DNA from: an uncultured Candidatus Saccharibacteria bacterium
Lineage (GTDB): Bacteria; Patescibacteriota; Saccharimonadia; Saccharimonadales; CAYGIR01
Assembly (NCBI GenBank): GCA_964349985.1
Contig: CAYGIR010000001.1
Span: forward strand, 1 to 42,604
DNA: 42,604 nucleotides
Reading direction: 5' to 3'
The notes beneath the pieces were generated by a model. It was not told the DNA's origin and ran no database searches. It saw only the letters and a program-made list of their open reading frames with translations. Shown here in pieces: positions 17,219 through 25,840 of this stretch; within the stretch, counting starts at the first letter, position 1, and each line of letters begins with the position of its first letter. The translations under genes and the position numbers were made by a program.

Positions 17219-17280
17219 GTCTAATATAGTTTAGCAGATTGTCCCTCCCCTGAGCTATTGGTATTTTTTTGAAAAAATTA

Positions 17281-17469
17281 TTAATCAGTAGCAAAAGTGG
17301 ATTTACTGAACTTACGCAAAGTTCTACCAGCCAATAAAGTGGCAGTATCATCGATTGAACCGTCATTCACAACAACTTCTTCAACATTTAAGGAACCCCG
17401 AGCAGCCACAATTACATCATCTATTCTACTGCCTTAGTTATAACTCGGGATAACAACTGCAGTTTGCAT
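17281..17469 (-). pseudogene. Relic of a family-2 glycosyltransferase N-terminus with an in-frame stop and truncation
   Basis: My translation of the minus strand: MQTAVVIPSYN*GSRIDDVIVAARGSLNVEEVVVNDGSIDDTATLLAGRTLRKFSKSTFATD*. VVIPSYN(E) and EVVVVNDGSIDDT are the hallmark GT2 N-terminal motifs. TAA replaces the expected GAA (Glu), and the frame ends after 62 codons. Confidence 0.6.
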
Positions 17470-17511
17470 TATTTTAGTAATTTTAACAGATTGTGGTTAA
17501 ATGTACATATC

Positions 17512-18195
17512 ATGCGCGATCTTAGATTTACTGGACTAATGCTCAAACCCTCCCTTTCAAGTTTAGCGGTGTCCTTTGGATTAACCGGTACATTTTTGGG
17601 CATACTAGCATTATCATACACCGCAAAAACCGGCTTAATTTATGATTATATTTTTGGTCCTGATAGTTCTGCGTCACTAATTGAAACTTCAAAAAGCTCA
17701 ATAGAAGCTCTTAACCAGGTAATTTTTGGTAACCCAACCCTGAACAAAATCCTGTTTTTTGGATTTTGGATGGCAATTGGATTGATTGTATATTTAACCT
17801 TGACGGGCATTTGGTCAAGTGTCAATTCAGCCTATTCAACCGTCAACGAGATCAATTACGCCACGGCCCACAAGTTGCGTATTGATAATGATCTAAAATA
17901 TCGTATCATCTTGCGTATTGTAGCTGCTATGCTGTGGTTCATATATTCTGTATTTTTTCTGAAAATATTTTTACCATTCAGTATATTATGTGGCAGGATT
18001 AGCGTAGGCACACTCAATTTACCCAGTGGTTGGTTATATGGTCTTATTAGTATAGTGGTTCTGGAAGTTAGCCTTCATCTGCATGTAGTTTTTGCACGCT
18101 TTTTTATGCTTCGCCCTCGTTTAGTAGGTGGATGGGATGATATCCTGGAAACGCAATTGGAAGACAAAACCCCCACACCTGATGATTCGCATTAG
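17512..18195 (+). CDS. Hypothetical polytopic membrane protein
   Basis: About five hydrophobic helices. The track ORF starts at a TTG (17464); the first ATG is at 17512. No recognisable family. Confidence 0.5.
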   Translation: MRDLRFTGLMLKPSLSSLAVSFGLTGTFLGILALSYTAKTGLIYDYIFGPDSSASLIETSKSSIEALNQVIFGNPTLNKILFFGFWMAIGLIVYLTLTGIWSSVNSAYSTVNEINYATAHKLRIDNDLKYRIILRIVAAMLWFIYSVFFLKIFLPFSILCGRISVGTLNLPSGWLYGLISIVVLEVSLHLHVVFARFFMLRPRLVGGWDDILETQLEDKTPTPDDSH

Positions 18196-18224
18196 TCACA
18201 AGGCGTTATACTGAGGTCTTGCGC

Positions 18225-19436
18225 TTAAATTACAATACCACCACCCAAAACTCGTTCTCCGTCATATATTACGGCAGACTGTCCGAGAGTTATCGCCCGC
18301 ACCTGTTCAATTAATTCAACTTGGATGGTTGACGCATTTTGATGCATGCTCGTTTTAATAGACCTACCCAAAGCCTCCTCATCACCAGACCGACCCAGTC
18401 CGACGGTCCACGGTTCTTCTGCTTTCGATGCAATGGCTACGTCTTTTGCAGCCAAAACTGTTTTCGCATGGTCTGAATCACTCTGAGGATGAGTGATTTT
18501 AGGTAAGCCTAGTTTAAATCGAGCACCCACTAAAGGGGCTCTGTAACGTGTTCGAATTTGAAAAGGTCGATTCACGTCAGGTTGTTCGTTGATCCAATGA
18601 ACATCACTTAGCTGGATAGTGCTACGCCATAATCCGTCATCATTCAAATTCGTAGTCACATAAACTTCATTTTTGGACATATCCTTACCAATAACATAGT
18701 ACGGCAATCCGCCTCCAACTCTCATGCCATGTCGTTGCCCAGTAGTATAAAATATCGCTCCATCATGTTCACCAACTATTAAGCCGTGCTGATCTATCAA
18801 GGGTCCCGGTTCGGCCGTCACATATTGTTCCAAAAATTCCCGAATCCCTACTCTGCCGACAAAGCAAATCCCTTGACTGTCTTTTTTATCGGCCGTTGCC
18901 AGGCCCATTTTTTTGGCTATATGCCGGACTTCTTCCTTGGTTTTGAACTCCCCGATAGGCATCAATGACTTAGCCAAAGCAGTTTCTGTAACTCTATACA
19001 AAAAATAACTCTGATCCTTGTCTTTATTTTTTGCCGTCAGTAATTGACTATTCAGAATCCGACTGTAGTGACCAGTAGCAATCATATCGGCACCATCTGC
19101 CAGTGCCGTGCTCAAAAATAATTTAAACTTAATCTCTTGGTTACACATTACATCAGGATTAGGCGTGCGACCAGATCGATATTCAGCAATCATATAATCA
19201 ACGACTTTTTGTTTATATTCACCTTCAAAATCATACATCTTAAAATCTATGCCTAGTTGCACAGCCACTCGTTTGGCGTCTTGATAGTCTTCTTTCCAAG
19301 TACAAGCCATGCCTGGTATGTCCTGACTCCAATTTTTCATATAAACACCAACTACAGAATAACCTTGTTCCTTTAGCAATGCCGCCGTCACGGAGCTATC
19401 TACGCCACCACTCATTCCTACATAAACTGTCATCAT
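18225..19436 (-). CDS. mnmA: tRNA-specific 2-thiouridylase MnmA
   Basis: PP-loop VGMSGGVDSSV, the CNQEIKF catalytic-Cys region, QSYFLY, and C-terminal ITLGQSAVIYDGERVLGGGIV. Confidence 0.9.
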   Translation of the reverse strand: MMTVYVGMSGGVDSSVTAALLKEQGYSVVGVYMKNWSQDIPGMACTWKEDYQDAKRVAVQLGIDFKMYDFEGEYKQKVVDYMIAEYRSGRTPNPDVMCNQEIKFKLFLSTALADGADMIATGHYSRILNSQLLTAKNKDKDQSYFLYRVTETALAKSLMPIGEFKTKEEVRHIAKKMGLATADKKDSQGICFVGRVGIREFLEQYVTAEPGPLIDQHGLIVGEHDGAIFYTTGQRHGMRVGGGLPYYVIGKDMSKNEVYVTTNLNDDGLWRSTIQLSDVHWINEQPDVNRPFQIRTRYRAPLVGARFKLGLPKITHPQSDSDHAKTVLAAKDVAIASKAEEPWTVGLGRSGDEEALGRSIKTSMHQNASTIQVELIEQVRAITLGQSAVIYDGERVLGGGIVI

Positions 19437-19471
19437 TTGATATATTCTAACAGATGAATATTGGGGCCTTA

Positions 19472-20386
19472 CTAAAAGGGTCGCTGACCACGTTCAATTT
19501 TCTTGCGAAGCATGCGCAGTTCATAGCGTTTTCCAAGCCAAAAAGTCGTAAGTATCAACGGTATACTAATCGCCGCTGGTTGCCAAACAATGCGCGTTTT
19601 GGGGGTGGTAGTGGTAGCATCATCCTTTTTTTGACCGCCCGACGTACTATCTTGAGTTAACGCACCATTAGCTATGGCAACCAATTGCAAAAACGCACTT
19701 TCACCATTCTTGTCTGTTGCTTTTATGATGACATTGTATATACCAGGGCTATCGTAAGCATGCTCTATATTGAACGTACCGGGTGATTGTTGGCTTTTTA
19801 GATCAAGTGCCTTGCCGTCACCCCAATCTATACTAATAGCATACGGCACGATTCCGCCAGATAATATTATCGGCCAGCTTAAAGATTCGCCAGGATTAGC
19901 TCCGCGTTTTGCATAATTACTGGTCAAGGTTATACGCGCTCCCGTTCCTTGCCTGGAGTCATTGAAGCTTACGGTAACTTTGTTGGAATCTGGTCCGGCT
20001 TGATCCAGCGCATCATAAACCCGAGCAATAAGCTCATCCGTACCCGTAAACAGATCGATGCTGATAGAGAAGCTACCACTTGTACAAATCTGCGAACCGG
20101 CAAATACATTGTTTTTAAATAGTTTTACCAACAAGTCCTTAGGACAAATACCACTAACCGTAATTGGTAGAGTTGTAAACACCTGTCCATCCCTGGGCAA
20201 GCTAATAGTAGCGGCCTGCGTTGGCGGTGGCGCAGAAATCTTCCCTTCGAGCCCAACAGATCCGGTCGCTTGGGCGGCCCACGCGACATCGCCTAAGAGA
20301 ACAAATGCTCCAATACCGATCAACCATGCTATGACCATGAATAGTTTGCGTAATTTATTTAAATCAGCCATGTCCGTAGTACACAC
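19472..20386 (-). CDS. Surface protein with a PKD-like domain and a C-terminal TM anchor
   Basis: N-terminal signal/TM (FMVIAWLIGIGAFVLLGDVAWA), PKD-like ISIDWGDGKALDL...NIEHAYDSPGIYNVIIKATDKNGES, a Thr-rich linker, then ISIPLILTTFWLGKRYELRMLRKK. Confidence 0.6.
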   Translation of the reverse strand: MCTTDMADLNKLRKLFMVIAWLIGIGAFVLLGDVAWAAQATGSVGLEGKISAPPPTQAATISLPRDGQVFTTLPITVSGICPKDLLVKLFKNNVFAGSQICTSGSFSISIDLFTGTDELIARVYDALDQAGPDSNKVTVSFNDSRQGTGARITLTSNYAKRGANPGESLSWPIILSGGIVPYAISIDWGDGKALDLKSQQSPGTFNIEHAYDSPGIYNVIIKATDKNGESAFLQLVAIANGALTQDSTSGGQKKDDATTTTPKTRIVWQPAAISIPLILTTFWLGKRYELRMLRKKIERGQRPF

Positions 20387-20421
20387 CCTACATTAGCATA
20401 ATCCTAAAATAGTTTGAAAGA

Positions 20422-21417
20422 TTAAGCACGTTTCTTTTTATACGAACGAAAAACTTTCTTTCTGTACAGTATATAAGCTAGACCAGCCAATACTACAACC
20501 AAAATCACAACTATTAGCAAAAGCCATGTCGGTATGTACCAAAATGTACTTCTATGCGTAACCACTTCTCCGCCATTTCCGTAAGCCACCGAAACAATCA
20601 AACTGTACCTACCTGGTCGACGAATATTCTTGATGGGATCTGAAAAACTGCGCGAAGAATTGGCTAATATGATACCTTTTGGATCAGTATTATTAATTTC
20701 GTATCCGTAAACCTCTTTGCCCAAACTATCGTTTACAGTAACGCGTCCAAACGGTCTCGAAAAACCATTACCCATATTCTTAATAGCCACTACTGCCGTA
20801 TTAGGGCTTCTTATAAAAAATGTTCCGCCCTGCTTATCACGCTTCACTCCCGCACTAGTTATCTCGATTTGCTGATTTATGTCACCAGGCACATCAACAA
20901 AGACAAGATGCGCGACGCTTGCCGTTAAAGCTACCTGCCTTTGTTCGTTACGCACTTCAGACCCTCTAGGTATACTGGTGTATCTCAAGGCCCCAAAATA
21001 CGCGCCAGGGGATGCGCCAACAGGCATACTTATGGTTTGTTTAACTTCTTTGGTCTCTCCAGGCATTAAATCCAGGTCATTCATATCAGTAAGCATTGAT
21101 CGGAGCGAATTTTGTGTTGGCGGCTGTGTTTGATCTACAATAATTTGTGGGGTTCCACTTATACCATCTGAATTAAAATCATTTAATGATACCTTTATGG
21201 TTAGTGGATTTGGCGTAATGTTCTTTAGAAAGACGGAGAACACCTTTTGTTCGCCTGGTTGCATCACCAATTCTGTTCTAGTTGGTGATAGATATAAAGC
21301 ACTACCACCTCCCTGTTGGTTAGAGTCCTGTGCATGCACAGCCGAGATAGTCGGCAATAGCATAAGAACCGTAAAAAAAAGCGCTGATAATACTAACAAG
21401 GGTTTACGCAATGACAC
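20422..21417 (-). CDS. Secreted two-domain beta-sandwich protein with a C-terminal TM anchor, resembling DUF916/DUF3324 (CscA-type)
   Basis: GTG start with GGAGG 8 nt upstream and signal peptide ...PTISAVHA. Motifs: LVMQPGEQKVFSVFLKNITPNPLTIKVSLNDF, GAYFGALRY, GRYSLIVSVAY. C-terminal TM LLLIVVILVVVLAGLAYILY followed by RKKVFRSYKKKRA. The family call is by eye only. Confidence 0.5.
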   Translation of the reverse strand: MSLRKPLLVLSALFFTVLMLLPTISAVHAQDSNQQGGGSALYLSPTRTELVMQPGEQKVFSVFLKNITPNPLTIKVSLNDFNSDGISGTPQIIVDQTQPPTQNSLRSMLTDMNDLDLMPGETKEVKQTISMPVGASPGAYFGALRYTSIPRGSEVRNEQRQVALTASVAHLVFVDVPGDINQQIEITSAGVKRDKQGGTFFIRSPNTAVVAIKNMGNGFSRPFGRVTVNDSLGKEVYGYEINNTDPKGIILANSSRSFSDPIKNIRRPGRYSLIVSVAYGNGGEVVTHRSTFWYIPTWLLLIVVILVVVLAGLAYILYRKKVFRSYKKKRA

Positions 21418-21558
21418 TTATATATCCTCCAATTTATCTAGCATTCTTATGATTTATTAGTATAAGCACCTAGCCAAGGTCTGTCAATTTACATAATCCG
21501 AAGTTAAATGATCTACTGTTGTATAATACACAATATGATAGTTACTTGGATGATGGAT

Positions 21559-22602
21559 TCAAAAAGCGGCTACCGCAATATAGGTTAGCGTTGTAGTATA
21601 TATACCTGGTTGCTGATCGGGAGATATATTAATAATATAACTCGCTGTAAAATAGTTCATTTCTGATGGCATAGGGGCTGATGTTAATACTTGCGGACTA
21701 CCGAAAAAGAACTTATTTGAAATAGCATAATTAGGCGTTATTATTCCAACCCCCCCACCAAGAGGATCAGAGCCAACAACTGGGTTCGAGTTGGATCTTA
21801 GATTCATACCGAACTGACTAACCCCCGGTTGCGAAGCCTGTTGTGTAAGTAATCCCGGTATACTATTATTTCCTGAGGTCATGGTAGATCCCGTGATACT
21901 GGTCGAATAGCCTCCGGGATCATTTGTGGCAACCGCGAACTGTGATGTTAAAAAACTAGGTCGGACAATCGAAAGCTCTCCAAAGTTGAGCGAGAAACCT
22001 GATACGGTTTCACAATTAGTTGTAACCGTGACACCAACACAGAATGTCAGATAAGGTGGCACAAAACCGCTAACCGAAAGTGGTTCGACTGTAGCCAGAG
22101 CAATAGCCCCACTATCAGTTATCAAGCCGGTACCATCACTACTTGCGTACGTCGCCATGCGGACATATACGGTACTTGAAGGTAAATCATGATTTTTGAC
22201 ATTATCAAATGTAAATGAAACGGGTATATTCCCCAATAAGCTAGGGATGCGACTAATCACAATTCTGTTAACAGTACTGACCGGATCAATCACAAACCCA
22301 GTACCTCCTGTCTGATTACTCAGACCTGCTAAACTAGCAGAAAAGCCCGCAGGTGCCGTGCAAACAGTACCGACAAATGGCGTATTACTACAATATTCAA
22401 ATTCAATTGATCCAACCAAGCTAGATGTACCGATAGTAAAATCGAAACGATGGGTAGACATGGCACCAGGCATCGAGGTAGAAACCGTTACGGATCTATT
22501 ACTTAAAGTAGCAGCACTTACAGGCATAAACGACATTAGGGGGGTAACGACTATCAGTAAACACCCTAATATACAGATAGTTAATCTACTTAACCGTTGC
22601 AT
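21559..22602 (-). CDS. Secreted beta-rich protein, paralog A of the surface cluster
   Basis: Signal peptide ending VSA, mature N-terminus ATLSNRSVTVSTSMPGA, paired Cys (EYCSNTPFVGTVCT; TFCVGVTVTTNCE), and C-terminus GIYTTTLTYIAVAAF. Confidence 0.65.
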   Translation of the reverse strand: MQRLSRLTICILGCLLIVVTPLMSFMPVSAATLSNRSVTVSTSMPGAMSTHRFDFTIGTSSLVGSIEFEYCSNTPFVGTVCTAPAGFSASLAGLSNQTGGTGFVIDPVSTVNRIVISRIPSLLGNIPVSFTFDNVKNHDLPSSTVYVRMATYASSDGTGLITDSGAIALATVEPLSVSGFVPPYLTFCVGVTVTTNCETVSGFSLNFGELSIVRPSFLTSQFAVATNDPGGYSTSITGSTMTSGNNSIPGLLTQQASQPGVSQFGMNLRSNSNPVVGSDPLGGGVGIITPNYAISNKFFFGSPQVLTSAPMPSEMNYFTASYIINISPDQQPGIYTTTLTYIAVAAF

Positions 22603-22630
22603 GTAATATTCAGCCCCGTACTATCGTAAC

Positions 22631-24070
22631 TTAGAAAGTAGGAGTAGCAATGAAAGTGCTTGCAACGGTATATGTACCAGTAGGCGTAGTAGCGGCGGCG
22701 GCGGCACCAAAACGTAGCTTGACTAACTCATCATCTACAACAGTCGTAGAGCTAATTATTGCCTGTGCCACTCCGGTATCCCTCCATGCCATAAGATTAC
22801 CAGCTTCGGTGTTCTCGCAATTATCAGTCGCTACAGTATCCTGCAATTGAGCTAGAGTAGTATCACCGTTAGCATAGGAAGAGAAAAATCCTCCTGATGT
22901 CCCCGTGCCATTAGAACCAGCCGTTCCTAGATTAGATGTTGTACCAGCTGTTGTAGTGGCGGAATCGGTCACGCATACAATTTGCATCCCAAAACGTTCT
23001 GTACCGATGGCTAATGTTTCGCCAGCAGTATTATCAGTACTCACGAAACAGGAGTCACCAACAAATGCCGCTGACGCGTTACACGTACTACCGGCCACCC
23101 TAAAGGACTGTAGCTGGTTAGTACCGCTCGTCGCAGGAGTAGCATAGTAGCTCAAGGTCACCCCGTTAGCGGCATTTGTATTAATCATTGCGGCACCAAA
23201 TCGAGCGTTCCCAAGTGCTGTTGGGGGGGAGTTAGCAACTGGCGATCTAGCGATACTTGTATTATCAATAACGCCAAGATCTACGTTGGAACTGGCGGTT
23301 GCTTCCGCAGCCGTACAATCAGTTGGAAAATTTGTCGCTGCAGTACCTACGGTAGCTGATGACCCAGCAGCATCATCAAGCGCGAATACGCAAAATACCA
23401 ATCGCTCCTGTACCCTTCCAGTAACCGTGAGTTGATTAACTATAGAAGCTGCAACCGTACCAGTATCTACGGCTGTCGCAAAGCTAGAATCAGAGTATGT
23501 TGTAATACGTACGTAAATTTGTTCGTTATTCCCCGCCGCGATAATGGGGTTGCTGATACTGTTAATCACGAAGGTTTTAGCACCAGCAGCTTCGTTAGCA
23601 GCTTGAGTACGTTGTACGCAGTACATGGTTGCTACTCCAGATCCACCATCACCTTCTGAACAGGCACCCAAATCCGCGCCAGAATATTCTGTAAATGCCG
23701 TAGCATTGGTACCGGTGAAAGCACCTGGAGCGGCAGTTACGTTCGACACATCGATCTTTTCTGAGGCAAGCGGGCTACCGTCAGTGCCTGGCAGTACACA
23801 AGTCCCTAATGGTGTATTGCAAAATTGGAACGTCATGGATTGAATAGCCGCAACCGTAATAGTTGTAAACCCGAATGAATAGTTCACTCCGGTTGCGTCA
23901 GGCTGTGAAGTCGCAATGGTCACGCTACGACTTGATAAAGTCGCGGCGCTAGCACTACTCTGAAATAATAATGGTAGCAAACCACTCACAGATAACATTA
24001 AAGCTAAAGTTACAAGTCTTGCTTTTCGCCCTATCTGGCGGAAATTATAATCTTTGAAAAAATCTATCAT
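22631..24070 (-). CDS. Secreted beta-rich protein, paralog B of the surface cluster
   Basis: Signal peptide ending ASA, mature N-terminus ATLSSRSVTIATSQPDA, paired Cys (QFCNTPLGTCV; VFCVFALDD...TDCT), and C-terminus GTYTVASTFIATPTF. Rich in Ala, Thr, Gly and Ser. Confidence 0.65.
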   Translation of the reverse strand: MIDFFKDYNFRQIGRKARLVTLALMLSVSGLLPLLFQSSASAATLSSRSVTIATSQPDATGVNYSFGFTTITVAAIQSMTFQFCNTPLGTCVLPGTDGSPLASEKIDVSNVTAAPGAFTGTNATAFTEYSGADLGACSEGDGGSGVATMYCVQRTQAANEAAGAKTFVINSISNPIIAAGNNEQIYVRITTYSDSSFATAVDTGTVAASIVNQLTVTGRVQERLVFCVFALDDAAGSSATVGTAATNFPTDCTAAEATASSNVDLGVIDNTSIARSPVANSPPTALGNARFGAAMINTNAANGVTLSYYATPATSGTNQLQSFRVAGSTCNASAAFVGDSCFVSTDNTAGETLAIGTERFGMQIVCVTDSATTTAGTTSNLGTAGSNGTGTSGGFFSSYANGDTTLAQLQDTVATDNCENTEAGNLMAWRDTGVAQAIISSTTVVDDELVKLRFGAAAAATTPTGTYTVASTFIATPTF

Positions 24071-24161
24071 GCTATATTACATTCCTTTTTGTTTATTTTT
24101 TATTAATCATCGATTCATTTATAGCATAAGTATATTACTAAAACAAGTACTTATCCACATA

Positions 24162-24950
24162 TCAGTAGGTTGGGACAACAATAAGATCGTGACGCATAGT
24201 ATAAGTTCCAGCCTTAGAAATATTGCTCGCTTTAGCGATATAACTTATCGTATAATTAGTTTTCCCCACTCCTTGATTACCGGCAGTTGCCTGCGAACGC
24301 GCTATGATATCGCCAACCCCGTATTTAAATTGATTGGTGGTCTGATAGCCATTAGCCACTTGTCCGTCAGCGAAACTATTGTCTGGGTCATTTGTAAGAT
24401 TCGCTCCAAAAACCCCGGGAGATGTATTGCTCACCAAATTTATACCAAATTCCTCAACGCTAGTACTACCGGATGGTGGTCCTTGCGTGCCTTTTGCCGT
24501 TAGCGAATTATTGCTTTCGCTCGTCGGTGGCTGGCTAGCCGTCACAACCGTATAGCCAGAAGATGTATAAGTTCTAACATAAAATGTACAATTGCACGTT
24601 CCGCCCTGTGATGAAATATACGATGTTGTTGAGGCTGATAAAGTACCCAAATCTACATTCGGTCCAGTTATCCCAACCTCAAGAAAGGGCTCCCCCGCGG
24701 TTAAGTATCCTGCCTCAGAGTCATAATTAGTACTGGATCCCGAGCCAACGCCCAGACCACCAACCGAGCTCTGAGCTCGATAAGATCCCGCAGTGGCATC
24801 AAGCTCCCCGCCGGTGCCAAACATTACTTGATTGACCTGATAATTACCGGATGAATATGTTTGCGCCAAGGCACCCCTAGGAGTAGCCAACAACAATACA
24901 ACCAAGAGATTTATAAAACCCAACCATTTCATGACTATCAATAATAACAC
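24162..24950 (-). CDS. Secreted beta-rich protein, third related member of the surface cluster
   Basis: Signal peptide ...PRGALAQ, an N-terminal S-x-NY/SY repeat region (SSGNYQVNQVMFGTGGELDATAGSYRAQSSVGGLGVGSGSSTNYDSEAGY), EEFGINL as in the paralogs, and C-terminus GTYTMRHDLIVVPTY. The GTG start directly follows the upstream TAG; an alternative ATG is at 24932. Confidence 0.6.
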   Translation of the reverse strand: MLLLIVMKWLGFINLLVVLLLATPRGALAQTYSSGNYQVNQVMFGTGGELDATAGSYRAQSSVGGLGVGSGSSTNYDSEAGYLTAGEPFLEVGITGPNVDLGTLSASTTSYISSQGGTCNCTFYVRTYTSSGYTVVTASQPPTSESNNSLTAKGTQGPPSGSTSVEEFGINLVSNTSPGVFGANLTNDPDNSFADGQVANGYQTTNQFKYGVGDIIARSQATAGNQGVGKTNYTISYIAKASNISKAGTYTMRHDLIVVPTY

Positions 24951-25637
24951 CTATCTGGTCTGAAAGGTATCCATGATAGCTTGTAGTTCTTGTCCATCCA
25001 AAGTCGCCTTGAGACTACGATAATAGATAAAATAGGCTACTATTTCTCCGCCAGGTCGCTTAATACGCAATGAAGTATCGCCACCCTTCAAGCCAACCAC
25101 AACAGTGTATTCAGTACCATCAACATCGCAAAGCATAGTAACCCCGCCAATAACAACTTGTTGTCGACTTTGTTTATTTGAATTATTTAAGTCCTTACCG
25201 CAATGATCAGACACGGAATCTGAAGTTACTATTCCGTTAATATCAAAGCCTATGGGTAATACTCGTGTTGCCTCCTGCGTCTCGGGAGATAGGCTCTGAT
25301 TGACATATATTTTCAATTCGCTTTCAACCAAACCGAATCTAAAGTTACGATAAACGAACGTACTCGCGGTTGATTCATTGTTGATAGATCTCCATGTTTT
25401 GGCTGCCTGAAATTGAAAATATTGAGTACTAAACACTTCCGTAGAAGCAAGATATTTCGATTTGACTATTTGCGTTGGATTTGAAGGCCGTTGTGATTGT
25501 TTATTTGCCCTATAGCTATCCTGTACAAAATACCCGCCTAGCAATAAAAACAATACAATGACAAAAAAGATTATTTTGTGGGCATATTTAGAGATAAGCA
25601 ACCGATAATGACTCTGTTCATACCTATATCTAGACAT
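24951..25637 (-). CDS. Hypothetical N-terminally anchored protein, first gene of the surface cluster
   Basis: AGAGG RBS, TM IIFFVIVLFLLLGGYFV, then a ~180 aa extracytoplasmic domain. No family recognised. Confidence 0.5.
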   Translation of the reverse strand: MSRYRYEQSHYRLLISKYAHKIIFFVIVLFLLLGGYFVQDSYRANKQSQRPSNPTQIVKSKYLASTEVFSTQYFQFQAAKTWRSINNESTASTFVYRNFRFGLVESELKIYVNQSLSPETQEATRVLPIGFDINGIVTSDSVSDHCGKDLNNSNKQSRQQVVIGGVTMLCDVDGTEYTVVVGLKGGDTSLRIKRPGGEIVAYFIYYRSLKATLDGQELQAIMDTFQTR

Positions 25638-25840
25638 ACTTACCTCTTTAGAAACATCTTCTAATTACGTATTATCGCAGAAGTTAATAAAAAAACAATG
25701 TATCTGAAGGGGCTGCTTGTAAGATATATTATTAAGCATCACCGATTTACCACAAATCCACCAAATCTGTTTATGCTTTTAGGGCTAGCATAGTATTATA
25801 AGATGAGATGATAGGCAAATATGGGTAAATTATAGGAATT

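Noticed and set aside
17127-17366. A 79-aa minus-strand ORF spanning the alaS start and its upstream spacer.
   Set aside because: It overlaps the alaS N-terminus out of frame, and its upstream part is explained better by the GT2 relic in another frame. It has no RBS or family signal.
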